The notes: generated by a model not told the origin, from the sequence alone. A stretch of 64,000 nt of DNA from Oculina patagonica (GCF_052425735.1 NC_135763.1:14260001-14324000); one strand, 5' to 3'; positions 1-12,379 are shown, numbered from the stretch's first letter. Translations and numbers: made by a program.

Positions 1-639
1 TTTAAAAAAGCAAAATTTGTATAACTCCTCTAAAGCTGTAATTATAATTGACGCCATTATCTGTGTTATAAAAGAAGACAAGTTTCATTCAAGAAAAATT
101 TAGGTTTTAAGAATTTTATGCCAAATTCACAAAAAAAATAAAACAAGTTCATTTCAAGATAGACGCGATGGCGCGACATAAGTCTGTCTTTCAATCTAAT
201 ACATGTATTCACGGAAGGCTTTACGGCTCCGATGTTTTTCATGTGGAATGTTTCGTTTGCCGACTATAAAACAATTGGACTAACATAATGATTTAAACGA
301 TAACAGAGCGATAATCTAACACGTATTACTTCCTTTAGCGTTCAAAACTACTTGGAAGGTATTTCTAAATGATTTTTCCAAAGTTTCAAACGACTTGAAC
401 GGAGATTCTAACGATTTTTACTAACGATATGAACGACTTTTCTTGATACATCTAACGACGTGCATGATCTTTTTTAACGATTTTTCTAACGCTTCTAACG
501 ACCAAGAAAATTTTTCTAACGACCATTCTAACGCTTCTAACGATTTTCTTAGTCGCTCTAACGGTAATCTAACGACTAACAAACGATTTAAGTCGTTTAA
601 CGAAAAATCGTTAAAGTACGTTTTCCCGTGCAAGGTCAC
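1..639. mobile_element. Non-autonomous TIR DNA transposon (MITE), copy 1, left part outside the window
   Basis: Near-identical to 2059-2878. Ends in the TIR CGTTAAAGTACGTTTTCCCGTGCAAGGTCAC followed by ATAT. Carries many CTAACGA subterminal repeats. Confidence 0.85.
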
Positions 640-1038
640 ATATCTCCTTAATGTCAGCAGCACTTTTTAAGACATAATTGTTGCTTTCAGCATCATTCAC
701 GGCGCTTTCAGAGCGGACATTTAGTTGATCCGCGCCCGCGTTCACAGAACGCAGCGTGCGCTCAAAATCAGGTAGCAACAGCATAGCAACGAGGACAGCG
801 CCTTTGTTTACGCTTGGGGCGTCGAAAAGTCATTGTGTTTAAACCAATCAAAACTACGCTTTTTGAGGGCCCAGAGCGTATTTTATTTCAAAATGGCAAA
901 GGGTAATGGCTGAAGAAGACGGGCGATGTCGAAAACCCGAACTTTTCAGCTTAAATTCTTGAATTTTTCGACCCAAACACACGCATTTCAATTCCTTATG
1001 TCTTCTTTCATGACATGGAGTGGCCAAAGTAATGAAAT

Positions 1039-2878
1039 GTGACCTTGCACGGGAAAACGTACTTTAACGATAATTCGTTAAACGGGCAAAAACTAACGTC
1101 TAACGAACGAGTAACTAACGACTTTTCCTAACGCTCTAACGACTTTTCTAACGAGTTGAACGCTCAAGCAAAAATATCTAACGACTTGCGAGAACATTCT
1201 AACGAAGTGCCTAACGACTTTTTAAAACGACTCTAACGAGCGAACTAACGAATTGGCTAAACAACTAAAACGTTCAAACTATCGACTGGCTTACTAAACT
1301 AAGACGTTTGATCAAAACATCCACCTTGTGAACTTATTTTAAAAGATTAAAATTTTTGCCAAGTAAAGCTTTAAATCATAACTCATTTCGCGCCGAGATC
1401 GAGAAGGCATTACGACCGAAACATGTGCTTTGAGCAAAAAATTGGACGAGAAATGATATACACCTAGTCTAAGAACTAGTCTAGCTTATTAGAAGGACGC
1501 CAAAACATTTCCAAATGATAAAATCTTTATTACTTACCGAAAGTTCCAAGTTCATAATGGTATAAAACAGTGCGTTCGCAAAACATTCACGGAAAGATCT
1601 CGCTGACATCGAAAGCAGAATTCGCTGCAGATGTAAAATAACTGTCGCATATTTTCGACTCTTCGACCACATCAGATTAAAGACGAGCATTGCGAGGAAG
1701 TTTCTTAAGTGTTTTCCTTCTTAACTTTAAGAAGAAACCGAGTTGGAGTTAGGTCGGTCCCGCCGAATCACAAACATAACCTGCGATCAGGCGATCATGA
1801 AGCACGTGTGTAATGTCACGCGTACGACTTGTTTGTGTTATGACGCTTTAGGACGCAAATATTAAACCTTAAAGTTGAATCTGTCATTTAGTTTTCTTTA
1901 GAAAAACACAGTTAGATGTGTATGAAAGAATCTAAATCGGATACCTTGCGTGCGGCGTTGTGTTACATTTATTTACGATGGAGTTTATTTGAAAGGTTTC
2001 AAATTACTTTTGACATATGCAAATTTTGCCAACTTTTAGACTCTTTTGGCTGCGCCGCTTTAAAAAAGCAAAATTTGTATAACTCCTCTAAAGCTGTAAT
2101 TATAATTTACGCCATTATCTGTGTTATAAATGAAGACAAGTTTCATTCAAGAAAAATTTAGGTTTTAAGAATTTTATGCCAAATTCACAAAAAAAATAAA
2201 ACAAGTTCATTTCAAGCTAGACGCGATGGCGCGACACAAGTCTGTCTTTCAATTTAATATTCACGGAAGGCTTTACGGCTCCGATGTTTTTCATGTGGAA
2301 TGTTTTGTTTGCCTACTACAGAATTTTCACAAGTAAAAGTTAAGAACCGGTTTTATTTACGGAAACTCTTGTCTGAATTCCCGACGTTTCGGCAACGCTG
2401 CCTTCTTCATGGGGACAAAATTATTTCTTGTTTGCTTGCTTGCTTTCGTGTTCGCATTTCTCCTAAACACAAGTCGAAGACACTGATTCGTTTGAGGTGC
2501 GTTTATAAAACAATTGGACTAACATAACGATTTAAACGATAACAGAGCGATAATCTAACAAGTATTACTTCCTTTAGCGTTCAAAACTACTTGGAAGGTA
2601 TTTCTAAATGATTTTTCCAAAGTTTCAAACGACTTGAACGGAGATTCTAACGATTTTTACTAACGATATGAACGACTTTTCTTGATACATCTAACGACGT
2701 GCATGATCTTTTTTAACGATTTTTCTAACGCTTCTAACGACAAAGAAAATTTTTCTAACGACCATTCTAACGCTTCTAACGATTTTCTTAGTCGCTCTAA
2801 CGGTAATCTAACGACTAACAAACGATTTAAGTCGTTTAACGAAAAAGCGTTAAAGTACGTTTTCCCGTGCAAGGTCAC
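1039..2878. mobile_element. Complete non-autonomous TIR DNA transposon (MITE), copy 2, 4-bp AWWT target (Sola1-like target preference)
   Basis: About 30-bp TIR GTGACCTTGCACGGGAAAACGTACTTTAACG...CGTTAAAGTACGTTTTCCCGTGCAAGGTCAC. AAAT flanks both sides (1035-1038, 2879-2882). CTAACGA arrays at both ends. Superfamily is tentative. Confidence 0.85.
2379..2415 (-). ncRNA. Degenerate minimal hammerhead ribozyme of Penelope-like (pLTR) type
   Basis: Minus strand reads UCCCC-AUGAAGA-AGGCAGCGUUGCC-GAAAC-GUC-GGGA, with AATAAA about 20 nt downstream. The core deviates from CUGANGA at one position. Confidence 0.5.
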
Positions 2879-3352
2879 AAATTCTTGCTCTGAGCATGGA
2901 GTTTTCCCGACGAATTTGAGGGCTTTCGAGGAAAGACTAATGATCAAAGATTCATGTTTGCAGGTAAGCTAATCTATGGATTGGCTTCTTCGGCACGTAA
3001 TTGCTTCGATGATTTTGGGTTCTCAGTCGCTCGCTCTCTGCCATTTTAAAATGCAAGCCGGATGGTCGGTCATGATTTTTCGCTAAAACGGTGTATGTAA
3101 AATTTCTTATATCATAGCTTTTTATATCGAACACAATTTTGGAGAAAATACATCTTTCTGTAGTTTTTCTAGTGAATAAAAATACACATTTTTGAGGTAT
3201 TGGAAACATTATTACAAAGCGCTCATTAAAGATGATGTGTCGTTGTATTCATGAAATTTAAACGGTCGTTTTCCGTCGGGCAGGAGTTAAGTTACAAATA
3301 TAGGAGTAAAATTATTGATACGAATTAAGCTTATGTTTATTTCAGTGTTTTT

Positions 3353-6300
3353 CTAAGTTGAAGCACTCGTGCTCGATTCCTCATCCTCGGCTGCTTTCCT
3401 TTTCAGGTTTCTTGTTCCTTTCTGGGGGATCAGTTCTCGGCCTTTTGGATTCACAACATAATGTTGCTCGAGCATCTTTTTTAAGCGTTCAAAGGCTGGC
3501 TTCACAGATATGTTTGTGTTTTCAAACAGTTTAAACTCGTGGTGAATTGATTCGCCTCCTTGCTCGCCAAAGAATCCAAGTGGAAATTTCCATTTTCTTA
3601 TGAATGGAACGACGTGGTCTTCCAGCATGTGGAGCTTTGGAGGAAATGTCCTCTCCGCAAAATTGCTTCGGTAGTAAGCAATAAACTGTTTGATGTCGTT
3701 TTCTGAAACAGCACACAAGAAATAATACGATTACTATGTTTATGGACCATGCATAGTGAGGTAAATTAAATCTCCTGTAAATGAACAAGTTATTTTTCAC
3801 CACCAAAGCCATTTATGTACTTGCCCAAAACTGTTATCTCAGGTTCTTTCATTGGAGAACTTGAGTTGAACTTAAAATGACACTGTCCAAACAATGTTAA
3901 GAGCTGTCTGTATTTGTCTTCAACAAGCCTAGCCAGCGTAGCTTGGCGTTCTAGTCAGTCGGGGAGAGCGAGAAATCGCGCGCGTGAGCAAAGCGACGGC
4001 AGAAGGCAGAAGGAAAGAAAGAACGCCAGCCGCCAGACGCCTCTTAAACGGGAGAAAATCTTTTCACGTAATTATGTAAATGATACGCGTAATTTGTGAA
4101 GACCGGAAATAAAAAGGTGACGTGTTCTGTCAAACTCACGTGTGGTATAGGATGTACAAAATAAATAAACCCCGGGAAAGTTATCAGGCTAATATTCGTT
4201 TTTGCAAAATGTCTGCAAATTTGGGAGGTCCAAAGAAAAAAATCATCTGCGAGTCGAAGCGGGGGAAGAAAACCAGTTAAAGTTATGGTCACTGCCGAGT
4301 TTGTTTGCCTGCAATAGCATCCATGTGTAATTCACACTGCTTTGCATCATTCGTCACTTGTCAAATGCTAATTGAGCGGCCTAAATGTTGGTGCATGGGG
4401 GAGTGCGAATGAGTCATTTGGAATAAATTAAAGCCAACAAACCAATCACAGGACAGATAAGCAATTTTAGCCAATGGGAATTAGCGGCCTCTGGAGGCCG
4501 CTAATTCGAAAGATTTCTCCAGTTTAAGAGGCGTCTGGCGGCTGGCGTTCTTTCTTTCCTTCTGCCTTCCGCCGTCGCTTTGCTCGCGCGCGCGATTTCT
4601 CGCTTTCCCCGACTGACTAGAACGCCAAGCTACGCTGGCTACAACAACCCTCTACAACTTTATGGCAGATCTTTTGGATGTTTTGTGTCTGTTTTGTAAA
4701 CAAAATCAATAACAATAAAAATTCACAACAACTATATAAAAAAAAATTCAATGCTAAAATCAAATTTAAAAGGGAATCTACCTTTAGGCAGGTAGTGACA
4801 TGATTTCCAACAAAGCTGTTGCTGTGGTAGGCTTGCCTTTTTACATTAAGCTCTTGAAGCTGGACCTCCATAGCAGCATGAATTTTGCTCATGTCCCTTG
4901 TAAAAACATTATTTTTCCGGATCTGCTTTACTAGAGAATCCTAGTTACATAAAAAAAAAAAAGTTAAAATTTTATAAAATAGGATTCAGCATGCATGTAA
5001 ATTTTTGTATAAGTAATACCCGTACCTCTTCTTGTGCTTTACGAAGTAAATACTGTCCATGCTGAATCTACATCTACATATAATTAGGTCGGTAAAAATC
5101 TTAAGATATCACACCAACTGCAGTATGAATCAGCTGCAGTATGTTTGGGTGTAAATTTGTAGCAGTGAGTTCAATGCCACAAATTGTAACCAGGTATGTC
5201 ATGTGGTCCTGGACTTGTTGGGCCTCTGCACGCAGACGCTCTGCAGACTTTTCATTTCAAGTTCTGCACTGGATGTTGCAGGGGTGTTGGAACTTGCCGC
5301 CTTTTTTTGAGCAATTTTATGTCAATCTCCTGGCACTCTTCTAGAAGGAGTTCGTAAAATTTAAGGAAGAGACCAAAGCTGATATGTAGTCCTGGGATAC
5401 AAATCTGAAAAATACAACACAATCCGGTTTTCACATTAGTCTAGGATGTTACATATTTAATTTTGTTAGGCTTTTTAAGAACACGATCATTGTAATTTAT
5501 ACCTGATCGATGGGAATGTCAAGAAGTGGTTCGTGGATTACATTAAAATAATCTTTTGCTTTTTTAAAGTCTCCATTAGCCTGGGTCTGAAACTTTTCAA
5601 GAGTTTCCTGGAGATGCTTAAGGGTTCGTTGTTGTATTGCCCCTCTCTTGTCGTGCGTCAAGTTCATTTCTAGTGCAAGAATAGTGCACCATAGACATGG
5701 GTATCGACCTGCGTGTTTAAAAAGAAGAAAAATGTTGAACTTTTAATCAGTTTTGTTTTTTCAAACTAATTTAAATTCAAATAATTGAAAAAGTTAATAT
5801 AAAATGTTACCATTTGCACCAGTGGTACCCATCACTTTGCACAAAAACTCGTAATCTCCAAAGAGGAACAGAACTAATCCTTTGCCCCTGAAAGTACAAT
5901 ACATAAAGAAAATATATAGTTTAAGATATTATTTTTTAGGTTACAAAGTGTAGTCAAAGAATGTAATGAACTATTCGCCATTCATTATAGTCTGGTTGAA
6001 TCCCTTACTGCCATGTTGTCTGCAACAAATCTTCAAGCTGACTCTTGTAGTTTGTTGTTATGGCCCTCAGATTGTTCCTTGTGTCTTTAGCTTCAAATAT
6101 GGCAAAGACCACTGTCCTTTTGCTGGAATTGAGTTTTACCACATTTGCAAGCTGAAACTCGAACTTCATTGAGCCTTGCCCGTGGTCGCCCCCTAGTTTT
6201 ACATACAGGAGGTTTTCTGGTATGTGTCCATTGTGCCAAGTAAGCTGTTCAGTGCTGAAATAAAGAGTTAAGTGTAAGGTTCATTTTTGGTAAAATGACT

Positions 6301-7187
6301 GAAATGTCATGCATTTGATATAACCAATAATATAGGCCAAACGAGTGATACCTTGCACTGTCCTCAACGTAAGCTGTGATACTTTCTTTTAGGTCCTTCA
6401 CATACGCACAGGGAGTTTTCTTTATTGCAGTCACCATTTTATTATTCTTTTTAAATGGGTGCTCAAGTGGTAGATCCTCGGCCTCCAGCGTTTCGCCAAT
6501 GAGTTCCTTCTTTTGGACCCTTTGCACCTTCTCACTGTCCATTTTTTGAATCATCTGCAAAACAGACAAGATAGGCACGGCTATTATGCCAAGCAAATGT
6601 ATGCAAACTAAATATCGAGCTAGAAGTAGGAAATTATTTTTTTACCTTCTGAGTTTGTTTAAGCGAAACCAGGACAACCCCACATCCTCTTTCATTGAGA
6701 GTGCTTCTCCCTCTGGTAACTCCAAGGTTAATTCACTCCTCAGCGCCTCAGTAATGATTCGCTTCCATTCTTCTTTCGACTCCCTCCGTAGCAAGTGAAC
6801 GATGTGTTTGTCCATCCCTCCACTGCTTACTGTGTGGCCCATCTTTTTTATTGCAGTTGTTCGACGGCGCAGGTGCCTTTCGGATACCTGTTCACTGGAC
6901 TTCTCAGCTTGTGGGACGTGTTGAATTACTAAAGACTATAGACCAAAATCAAAAAAGTTGTCCTTTCATTAGATTGTGTTAGATGAATAAGATTTAAGAA
7001 AAGGAAAAAGGGTTACCGAAAAAGGTTACAGAGGCAATTAAAACCATACCTTTCCAGGGCCAGCCAGTCGAGCTGTTCCATCAGTGGACTCTTTCATCAA
7101 AAGTTTGACTGCAGCAGTGCTCAGCCGCGCAACATCCTTAGAGAGCTTTCCCTGTTGAAGTTCGGCCAAAGCGTCCTCTAGGTTTAT
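3353..7187 (-). pseudogene. Multi-exon Chapaev/CMC-type (Transib/RAG1-core-related) DDE transposase, disrupted
   Basis: GT-AG exons at about 7050-7187, 6646-6935, 6352-6554, 6009-6254, 5810-5888, 5502-5708, 5026-5404, 4782-4941 and 3353-3709. They give VKLGGDHGQGS (D), LFGDYEFLCKVMGTTGANGRYPCLWC (D plus CxxC), ICIPGLHISFG and PPKLHMLEDHV...GFFGEQGGESIH (E). There is an in-frame TGA at about 6551 and an Academ insertion in an exon. Confidence 0.8.
3930..4641. mobile_element. Non-autonomous AcademH-type DNA transposon
   Basis: About 140-bp TIR TAGCCAGCGTAGC...GCTACGCTGGCTA (TAG..CTA termini). 9-bp TSD CAACAAGCC/CAACAACCC with one mismatch. Confidence 0.85.
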
Positions 7188-7312
7188 CTTACAGACAGAA
7201 ATCTATGGTTATACATGCAGATGACCAAAAACAATATCATTTAAAGAAATAAAACATGACATGTACAAGTAAATGTGTTTGTATATAAGCTGTGCTGCAT
7301 CTGGGAGATATA

Positions 7313-8160
7313 CCGTAAAGTTCCGTGTATAAGCCGCACCCGTAGATAAGCCGCACCCCCGATTTGGAAGCTCAAATTTTGGAAAAAAATATACAGACCA
7401 TAAAGTTTGAAGTTCAAGTGAAGTTCTATTGGTAAACAATCAAGGGCAAACAAGCACAGTTTCGAGACACTGACACGGTGGTTGTTGCAATGTTTAATAT
7501 AAATTAAGACTTACGAAAGCTAAATTTCACTTGTCATACCTCCTTTTTAGTTTGAGTTCACAATATCTTAAACTTGGATGCTCTCTTGATATCATTTTTT
7601 CGAGATTATCACTTTTAAACACTCCTGAAACGCTTGTAATTCGTTCGAATCGTTCGCGAATGATGAATGCTTAGTAGCCAAGCTCTAAATTGTAGAGAGG
7701 AGTCTGGGCATTAAAAACAAACATGGCGGCATTTACTTCGAAAGGAACCACGTTTTTATTTCAAGATTCTTGGAAACTGCTACCCGCAACTGGATTAAAA
7801 CTTCATGCAGAATAAGAGTTTGTTAATCCAGCAGATGTATTTGCTGTGAAGGTCAATAAAAAACCGAAGCGGTCAGGAATTTGCCTTGTGAGTATTTGCG
7901 TTTATCTTGGTGCCTTCTCGCACGCGGCAGAAAGACATGATTCGAAGTGACTGGCACGCTTCACTGCAAACAGCTTTGCAGAGGAACTAAAAGGTAGTGA
8001 ACAACAACAAAGTTTTCATGACGTCTTGAGAAGTTTTTTATGAATATTAATTAGGCCTTTGAGAACTCCAACCAGAGATGTTTCCGTAGATAAGCCGCAC
8101 CCCCGATTTTTGACTTGAATTTAGAGGAAAAAGGTGCGGCTTATACACGGAACTTTACGG
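7313..8160. mobile_element. Non-autonomous Tc1/mariner (pogo/Tc2-like) element
   Basis: TA|CCGTAAAGTTCCGTGTATAAGCCGCACC...GGTGCGGCTTATACACGGAACTTTACGG|TA, with repeated ATAAGCCGCACC subterminal motifs. Confidence 0.9.
7723..7955 (+). pseudogene. Degenerate HIRAN-domain-like fragment carried inside the pogo/Tc2 element
   Basis: Frameshifted translation resembles HIRAN (FQDSWK...KLHAE*EFVNPADVFAVKV...LPCEYLRLSWCLLARG...EVTG). Confidence 0.5.
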
Positions 8161-8259
8161 TAGTTATAAATATAGTAAAACGTGTTCTGTATTTTTTAAT
8201 TGGTGACATTTTTTATCAAAAAAGTAGCTGGCCGGCCATGAATTTTAACAGCCTAAATT

Positions 8260-8699
8260 ATCCCACCTAGATCCCACTTATATATCCTGCCAGATCACAG
8301 CTCTTTTGCTTGGGATCTCAGAAATAGTTTTTGTACTACTTGCTTGGAATCCAGGCTTATATCCTACAAATCCCACCACAGATCCTGAATGTCTCACCCA
8401 GGATCCCAACATTTCCCCCTGTGATCTCAGCTGCCCCTCCCGTGATCCCAACTTTCCTGCACAGAATCCCTACTGTCCCACCTGGGATCCCGACTTTCCC
8501 ACCAGAGATCCCTACTGGCTTGCCCGGGATCCCAACTGTCCCAGCTGGGATTCGTACTGTCCCACCCGGGATCCCAATTGTCCCACCCGGGATCCCAATT
8601 GTCCCACCTGGGATCCCGGCTATCCCACCTGGGATCCCACCTTTCCCGCCCGGGATCCCACCTATCCCGCCCGGGATCCCAGATTAATTTTTACATGGG
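8260..8699. repeat. About 21-bp tandem repeat (CCCACCCGGGATCCCAACTGT) ending in a probable EnSpm-like terminus
   Basis: About 20 units built on the GGGATCCC palindrome, more homogeneous toward the right. Ends ...AATTTTTACATGGG. Confidence 0.8.
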
Positions 8700-8739
8700 A
8701 ACCAGCAGAATATGTAAAATCAGCTCCTTAAAACACCTT

Positions 8740-9270
8740 TGCAATGTCTTGGAAAAGGTGACAGGTGCATTGCTCAATCCGAATGGCATCCTATTGTATT
8801 CATAGAGATCAAATGGGGTGATAAATGCGGTCTTGTGCCTGCAGGGTCCATATCCACCTGGTTAAATCCACTGGCTAGATCCACGGTACTGAACCACTTG
8901 GTGTTGTTGTCGACTTCATTCAAGCTCTCCTCCATTTTTAACAAAGGAAAGGCATCTCGCACTGTTTTTGCATTCAGGCTCAAATAGTCAGTGCATAGCC
9001 TCATGGAACCATCTTTCTTTGGAATAATAACTGGAGAAGCATAGAGGCTGTGACATTCTGAAGCGATTCCATTTTCTACCAGGTTCTGTATGTGGTCTTT
9101 CACCTCTTGATATTGGGTTGGTGGTATTCTCCTAAATGGCTGAGAAACCAGAACATCATCAGTGGTAGGGATCTTGTGCTGGTAGGTTTCAGTATAATCA
9201 AGATTGTCACCTTCCTGGACAAAGACATGGCATGCTTCACCAGGAGCTGCCTTGACTGTTGTTTCACTAC
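8740..9270 (-). pseudogene. Gypsy LTR retrotransposon reverse transcriptase N-terminal remnant
   Basis: SQPFRRIPP...EVKDHIQNLVENG...YASPVIIPKKDGSMRLCTDYLSLNAKTVRDAFPL...[14 protein letters not shown]. Confidence 0.9.
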
Positions 9271-9899
9271 TGGGGAACATTGAATGTCTTTGAGGTTCGA
9301 GTTCATTGCCAGTAACGTGTGGGCTTAACTCTCGCATAACAATCTCTTCTTTGTTCTGTTTGGGGTAATTTTTTCTCTTGCTTATGTCCCACTTTTTTGT
9401 CCTTCATGGCGTTCTTAAAATTCTTCCATGTGTCATCTTTGCTCGCCATTTTAAACGACTGCAAAGGATGGTTGCTCATGCACAACCGCAAGTCGTTCCG
9501 GTCTATGGCAATGATAGGCCTTGCAAAGTTTTGCTTTCATACTCTATTTTGCATTTCATTGCATTTTTTTTTTTTCATTTAGTTTTCGGTTCAATAATTT
9601 TCTAAGCAAAAAAAAAAACTGAAACTATTGGTATTTTCTTATTATGTAATTTTATTTTTGAACTACTTTTTACAATTCGATACCAATTTTTTATGGCAAT
9701 CTAAGGCAATAGATTAATAATAGACAAGGTACCATCTTCGTGATAACCACAAAGACAAGTACCAGCCACTGTAACAGACTGGCTTCCTGTGTACTGTGAA
9801 GGAATACTTCAGCTTGTCGTTGCCATAATAAACATAACATGAAAAATCATGCAAAAATGACTGTCTGCTGTCCGCCTCAAGACACGCTCTATGGATGAT

Positions 9900-10010
9900 C
9901 ACTTTCTACTAACTGCTTCTTCAGCCATTCGTTTAACAGATCCACCAGTGCCATCGCAGGGCCTCTTCTTGTGGCCAGCTTCTAAGTAATCCCATTCCAT
10001 TCCATTCTAC
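9900..10010 (-). pseudogene. Sola2-like transposase fragment
   Basis: MEWDYLEAGHKKRPCDGTGGSVKRMAEEAV matches the W.YFEAGHGKGPCDG.GG.VKR motif. Confidence 0.6.
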
Positions 10011-10539
10011 AATGCCCTAGTTATTCGACATAAGGACTCTTGTTTGGCGTGAAAAACTGTGGTATTGTGTTATTGGCGTGTGCTGCTAGGCGATGTGGTA
10101 TATCTGAGATGATAATTGGTGGAGGAAATTTCAAAGAACCTAGCTACTCCACAAAGTTGTTTGGACTTTCCCCTCATAATACAAACATGATGCTGTCAAC
10201 CACCATGTGTGGACATGATTTTGATTCCCATCCACTCCTAGATATTACAACCAAAAATAAAGTTGTTCTCCCTTAAAATACTATTCTTATTATCTTTATT
10301 CATCAGTAAACACTACTATTTCCGATATGCAAAGGAAATAAGCAGCAGGTACGGCACACAATTCATTGTAGGCCTTGTGGTTTATTACTCTAGCTTTTTA
10401 TATGGTTTCCTTTCCTATACAAAAAAAAACCCTTCAGAAATAATTCCAGTGACCATGGTTTTAGTACTTTCACTGTAACTAAAGAATTGTCTTTTTCTTA
10501 AGTACATTGGAAAAAAAGAAAACTTATTATCAGCTGCAA

Positions 10540-11250
10540 GTATTGCCAACTAATGGTGGTCTGTCGCATTTAATGTGTTGGGGTCTGTAATGTAAGTGAG
10601 TGGATTGCTGTCTGTCGAGACACGAAAGTAGTGATCATACAAGTAATCTTTAAACTTCTCTGTGACTGCCCACTTTAGTGCCAGGATTTCGCAGTGATAT
10701 GCCAAGTAGCGTTTCTCAGCCTCATTGACTGTACGACTTCCATAGGCGATTACTCGTTTTGTGCCTTCCTGAACCTGGTACAGAGCTGCACCATGACCAT
10801 CCTCAGAGGCATCCGTTTGTAGCATGAATGGCAGAGTAAAGTCTGGATAAGCAAGAATTGGTGGGGATGTCGATCTTTTCCACACAGATGAAAACATGGC
10901 CCATAGCAGATATTGGTCCCCTGTACCCTTGGAACATTCATCCTTGAAATGCTTCACCATGTTTGTTCCCCAAAAAATTGAAATTGGAATATTCCTTTTA
11001 CTGTTATTTTGTTTTTGGGAGCGCTTTGGTTTTATTCCATATCAGGGAAAATCACAGCCATTGTCTTGTGACTGCCCTTTACGCCAGACTCTTCACTAGG
11101 GAACTTCAAATCAATGGTCCAATGGTCAAAAGAGATTGTCTTTCACTTCTCGCGCCATGTAACCCATCTTGACACCATATCCAAAAGTGCTTTACACTGT
11201 TTTCCATCGGCGTACGCATTACACTCTTTCCCTTCTCCTACCAGGGATGT
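10540..11250 (-). pseudogene. Gypsy pol remnant (protease, RT end, RNase H; internally deleted)
   Basis: CKALLD protease-like motif at about 11190. SPPILAYPDFTLPFMLQTDASEDGHGAALYQ...VIAYGSR...EILALKWAVTEKFKDYLY...TDSNPL. Confidence 0.9.
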
Positions 11251-11499
11251 TAAAACACCTGGAGTTGTTTGGGGACTGGTGTTAATCCCAGCTCAGCTCG
11301 TTCCTTTTCCACTGTTCTTTGCCAAAATTCTCTTAGTCATCCTCTTTTTCTTTCCCCGCTTAGTGCCCGATCAAAGGGACTGTAGAAATAGAACTGTAAC
11401 CAGGATTAGACATGTATTAAAAAGGTAAAATGTTCTCTGGTGAAAAGGTTTAAAAACAAGCTTTCGGGTATCAGACTTTAGCCTTTAACAAATGAAAAT

Positions 11500-11760
11500 G
11501 TTAGTGCAAAGTGCCATGAAGAAATTTTCGGCTCTTGTCAACATTTACCCATTCTCAGGTCACATATAGCTAACAGAAATTTGGCATTGGATTGTCCCAT
11601 AACCTGGGTAAGCTCAAAGCTGTGAGGAATTGAAGCCGCAAAAACTGACGATAGAAACATAATACTGCCCTTGTCAAATGTGTTTGGGACGGGTTGCAGT
11701 TGCAGAAACTCCCCCAAAAGAATAAGTTGTTTCCTGCAAAGGGAAGTTGACAGCGACAAG
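11500..11760 (-). pseudogene. PIF1-family helicase fragment (TE-derived)
   Basis: KQLILLGEFLQLQPVP (motif III), FELTQVMGQS (motif IV), LRMGKC. Confidence 0.75.
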
Positions 11761-12099
11761 TTTAAAGATTCTTTGACAAAAAATACTTACCTTGAACGAA
11801 ATGATTACGTCAACAGATATCACTCTGCAGATTTTGCCCAAACTGCTATCAGGCCAGAAGTATAATTCTAGGCAAGGAGTAAGGGCACGTGCTCACTTCA
11901 TGACACTCTTTGGTGGCATGAAAATAAGCTTTCGATTCTTGGCAGAGCCTTTTTTCGCCATGATGAATGTACTCCCTTTTCATTTTGCCAACAATCACCA
12001 GGTCGAGAGGCAGCTGAGTTACAGCTGCAGAGTTAAAAAGCTTTTGGTTGCACCCATATTTGGTATTTATAGACCATGGTGTCGCAGCAGTTCATTGAG

Positions 12100-12330
12100 G
12101 TTGGCACGAAGGCTCCTGATGACAAAAATGGCATTTTGGAGGAAGTGCTACAGGTTTTTTTGAGTTGGAGCAGGTTGAGGACCATGAGACATGCCCTCTG
12201 ATGGCGTAGTAATTGCTGTTGAAGTAGGCGATGTGTTCTCCACTACATAGGTTTTCTTCCTTATGGGGCCACCTTTTCTCCTGCCTGTTGCTTTTTCTGC
12301 AGATTATTTCCCTTTCTTTTTGGCGTGTCT
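12100..12330 (-). pseudogene. MuDR-like transposase C-terminal remnant (paralog of about 17540-17760)
   Basis: Clear nucleotide homology to 17540-17760, the segment just downstream of a SWIM finger. Confidence 0.5.
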
Positions 12331-12379
12331 AATAAGTTAGACACGCCAAAAACGTTAAGTTAAAAAGGCGGCCCAGGGC

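Noticed and set aside
421-670. ORFs duplicated at 2660-2972 (SNDFSN-rich and LEKSLE-rich)
   Set aside because: Translations of the CTAACGA subterminal repeats of the MITE.
1395-1430. Second hammerhead-like motif (GAGAAGG...CCGAAACATGT)
   Set aside because: The CUGANGA core and stem I are not recoverable.
640-7187. ProtoRAG (RAG1L plus RAG2L) transposon
   Set aside because: No RAG2-like kelch/PHD ORF or heptamer-nonamer TIRs were recognised, and the motifs fit Chapaev-type transposases better.
8306-8805. Pro/Cys-rich ORFs in three frames
   Set aside because: By-product of a 21-bp tandem repeat that lacks stop codons.
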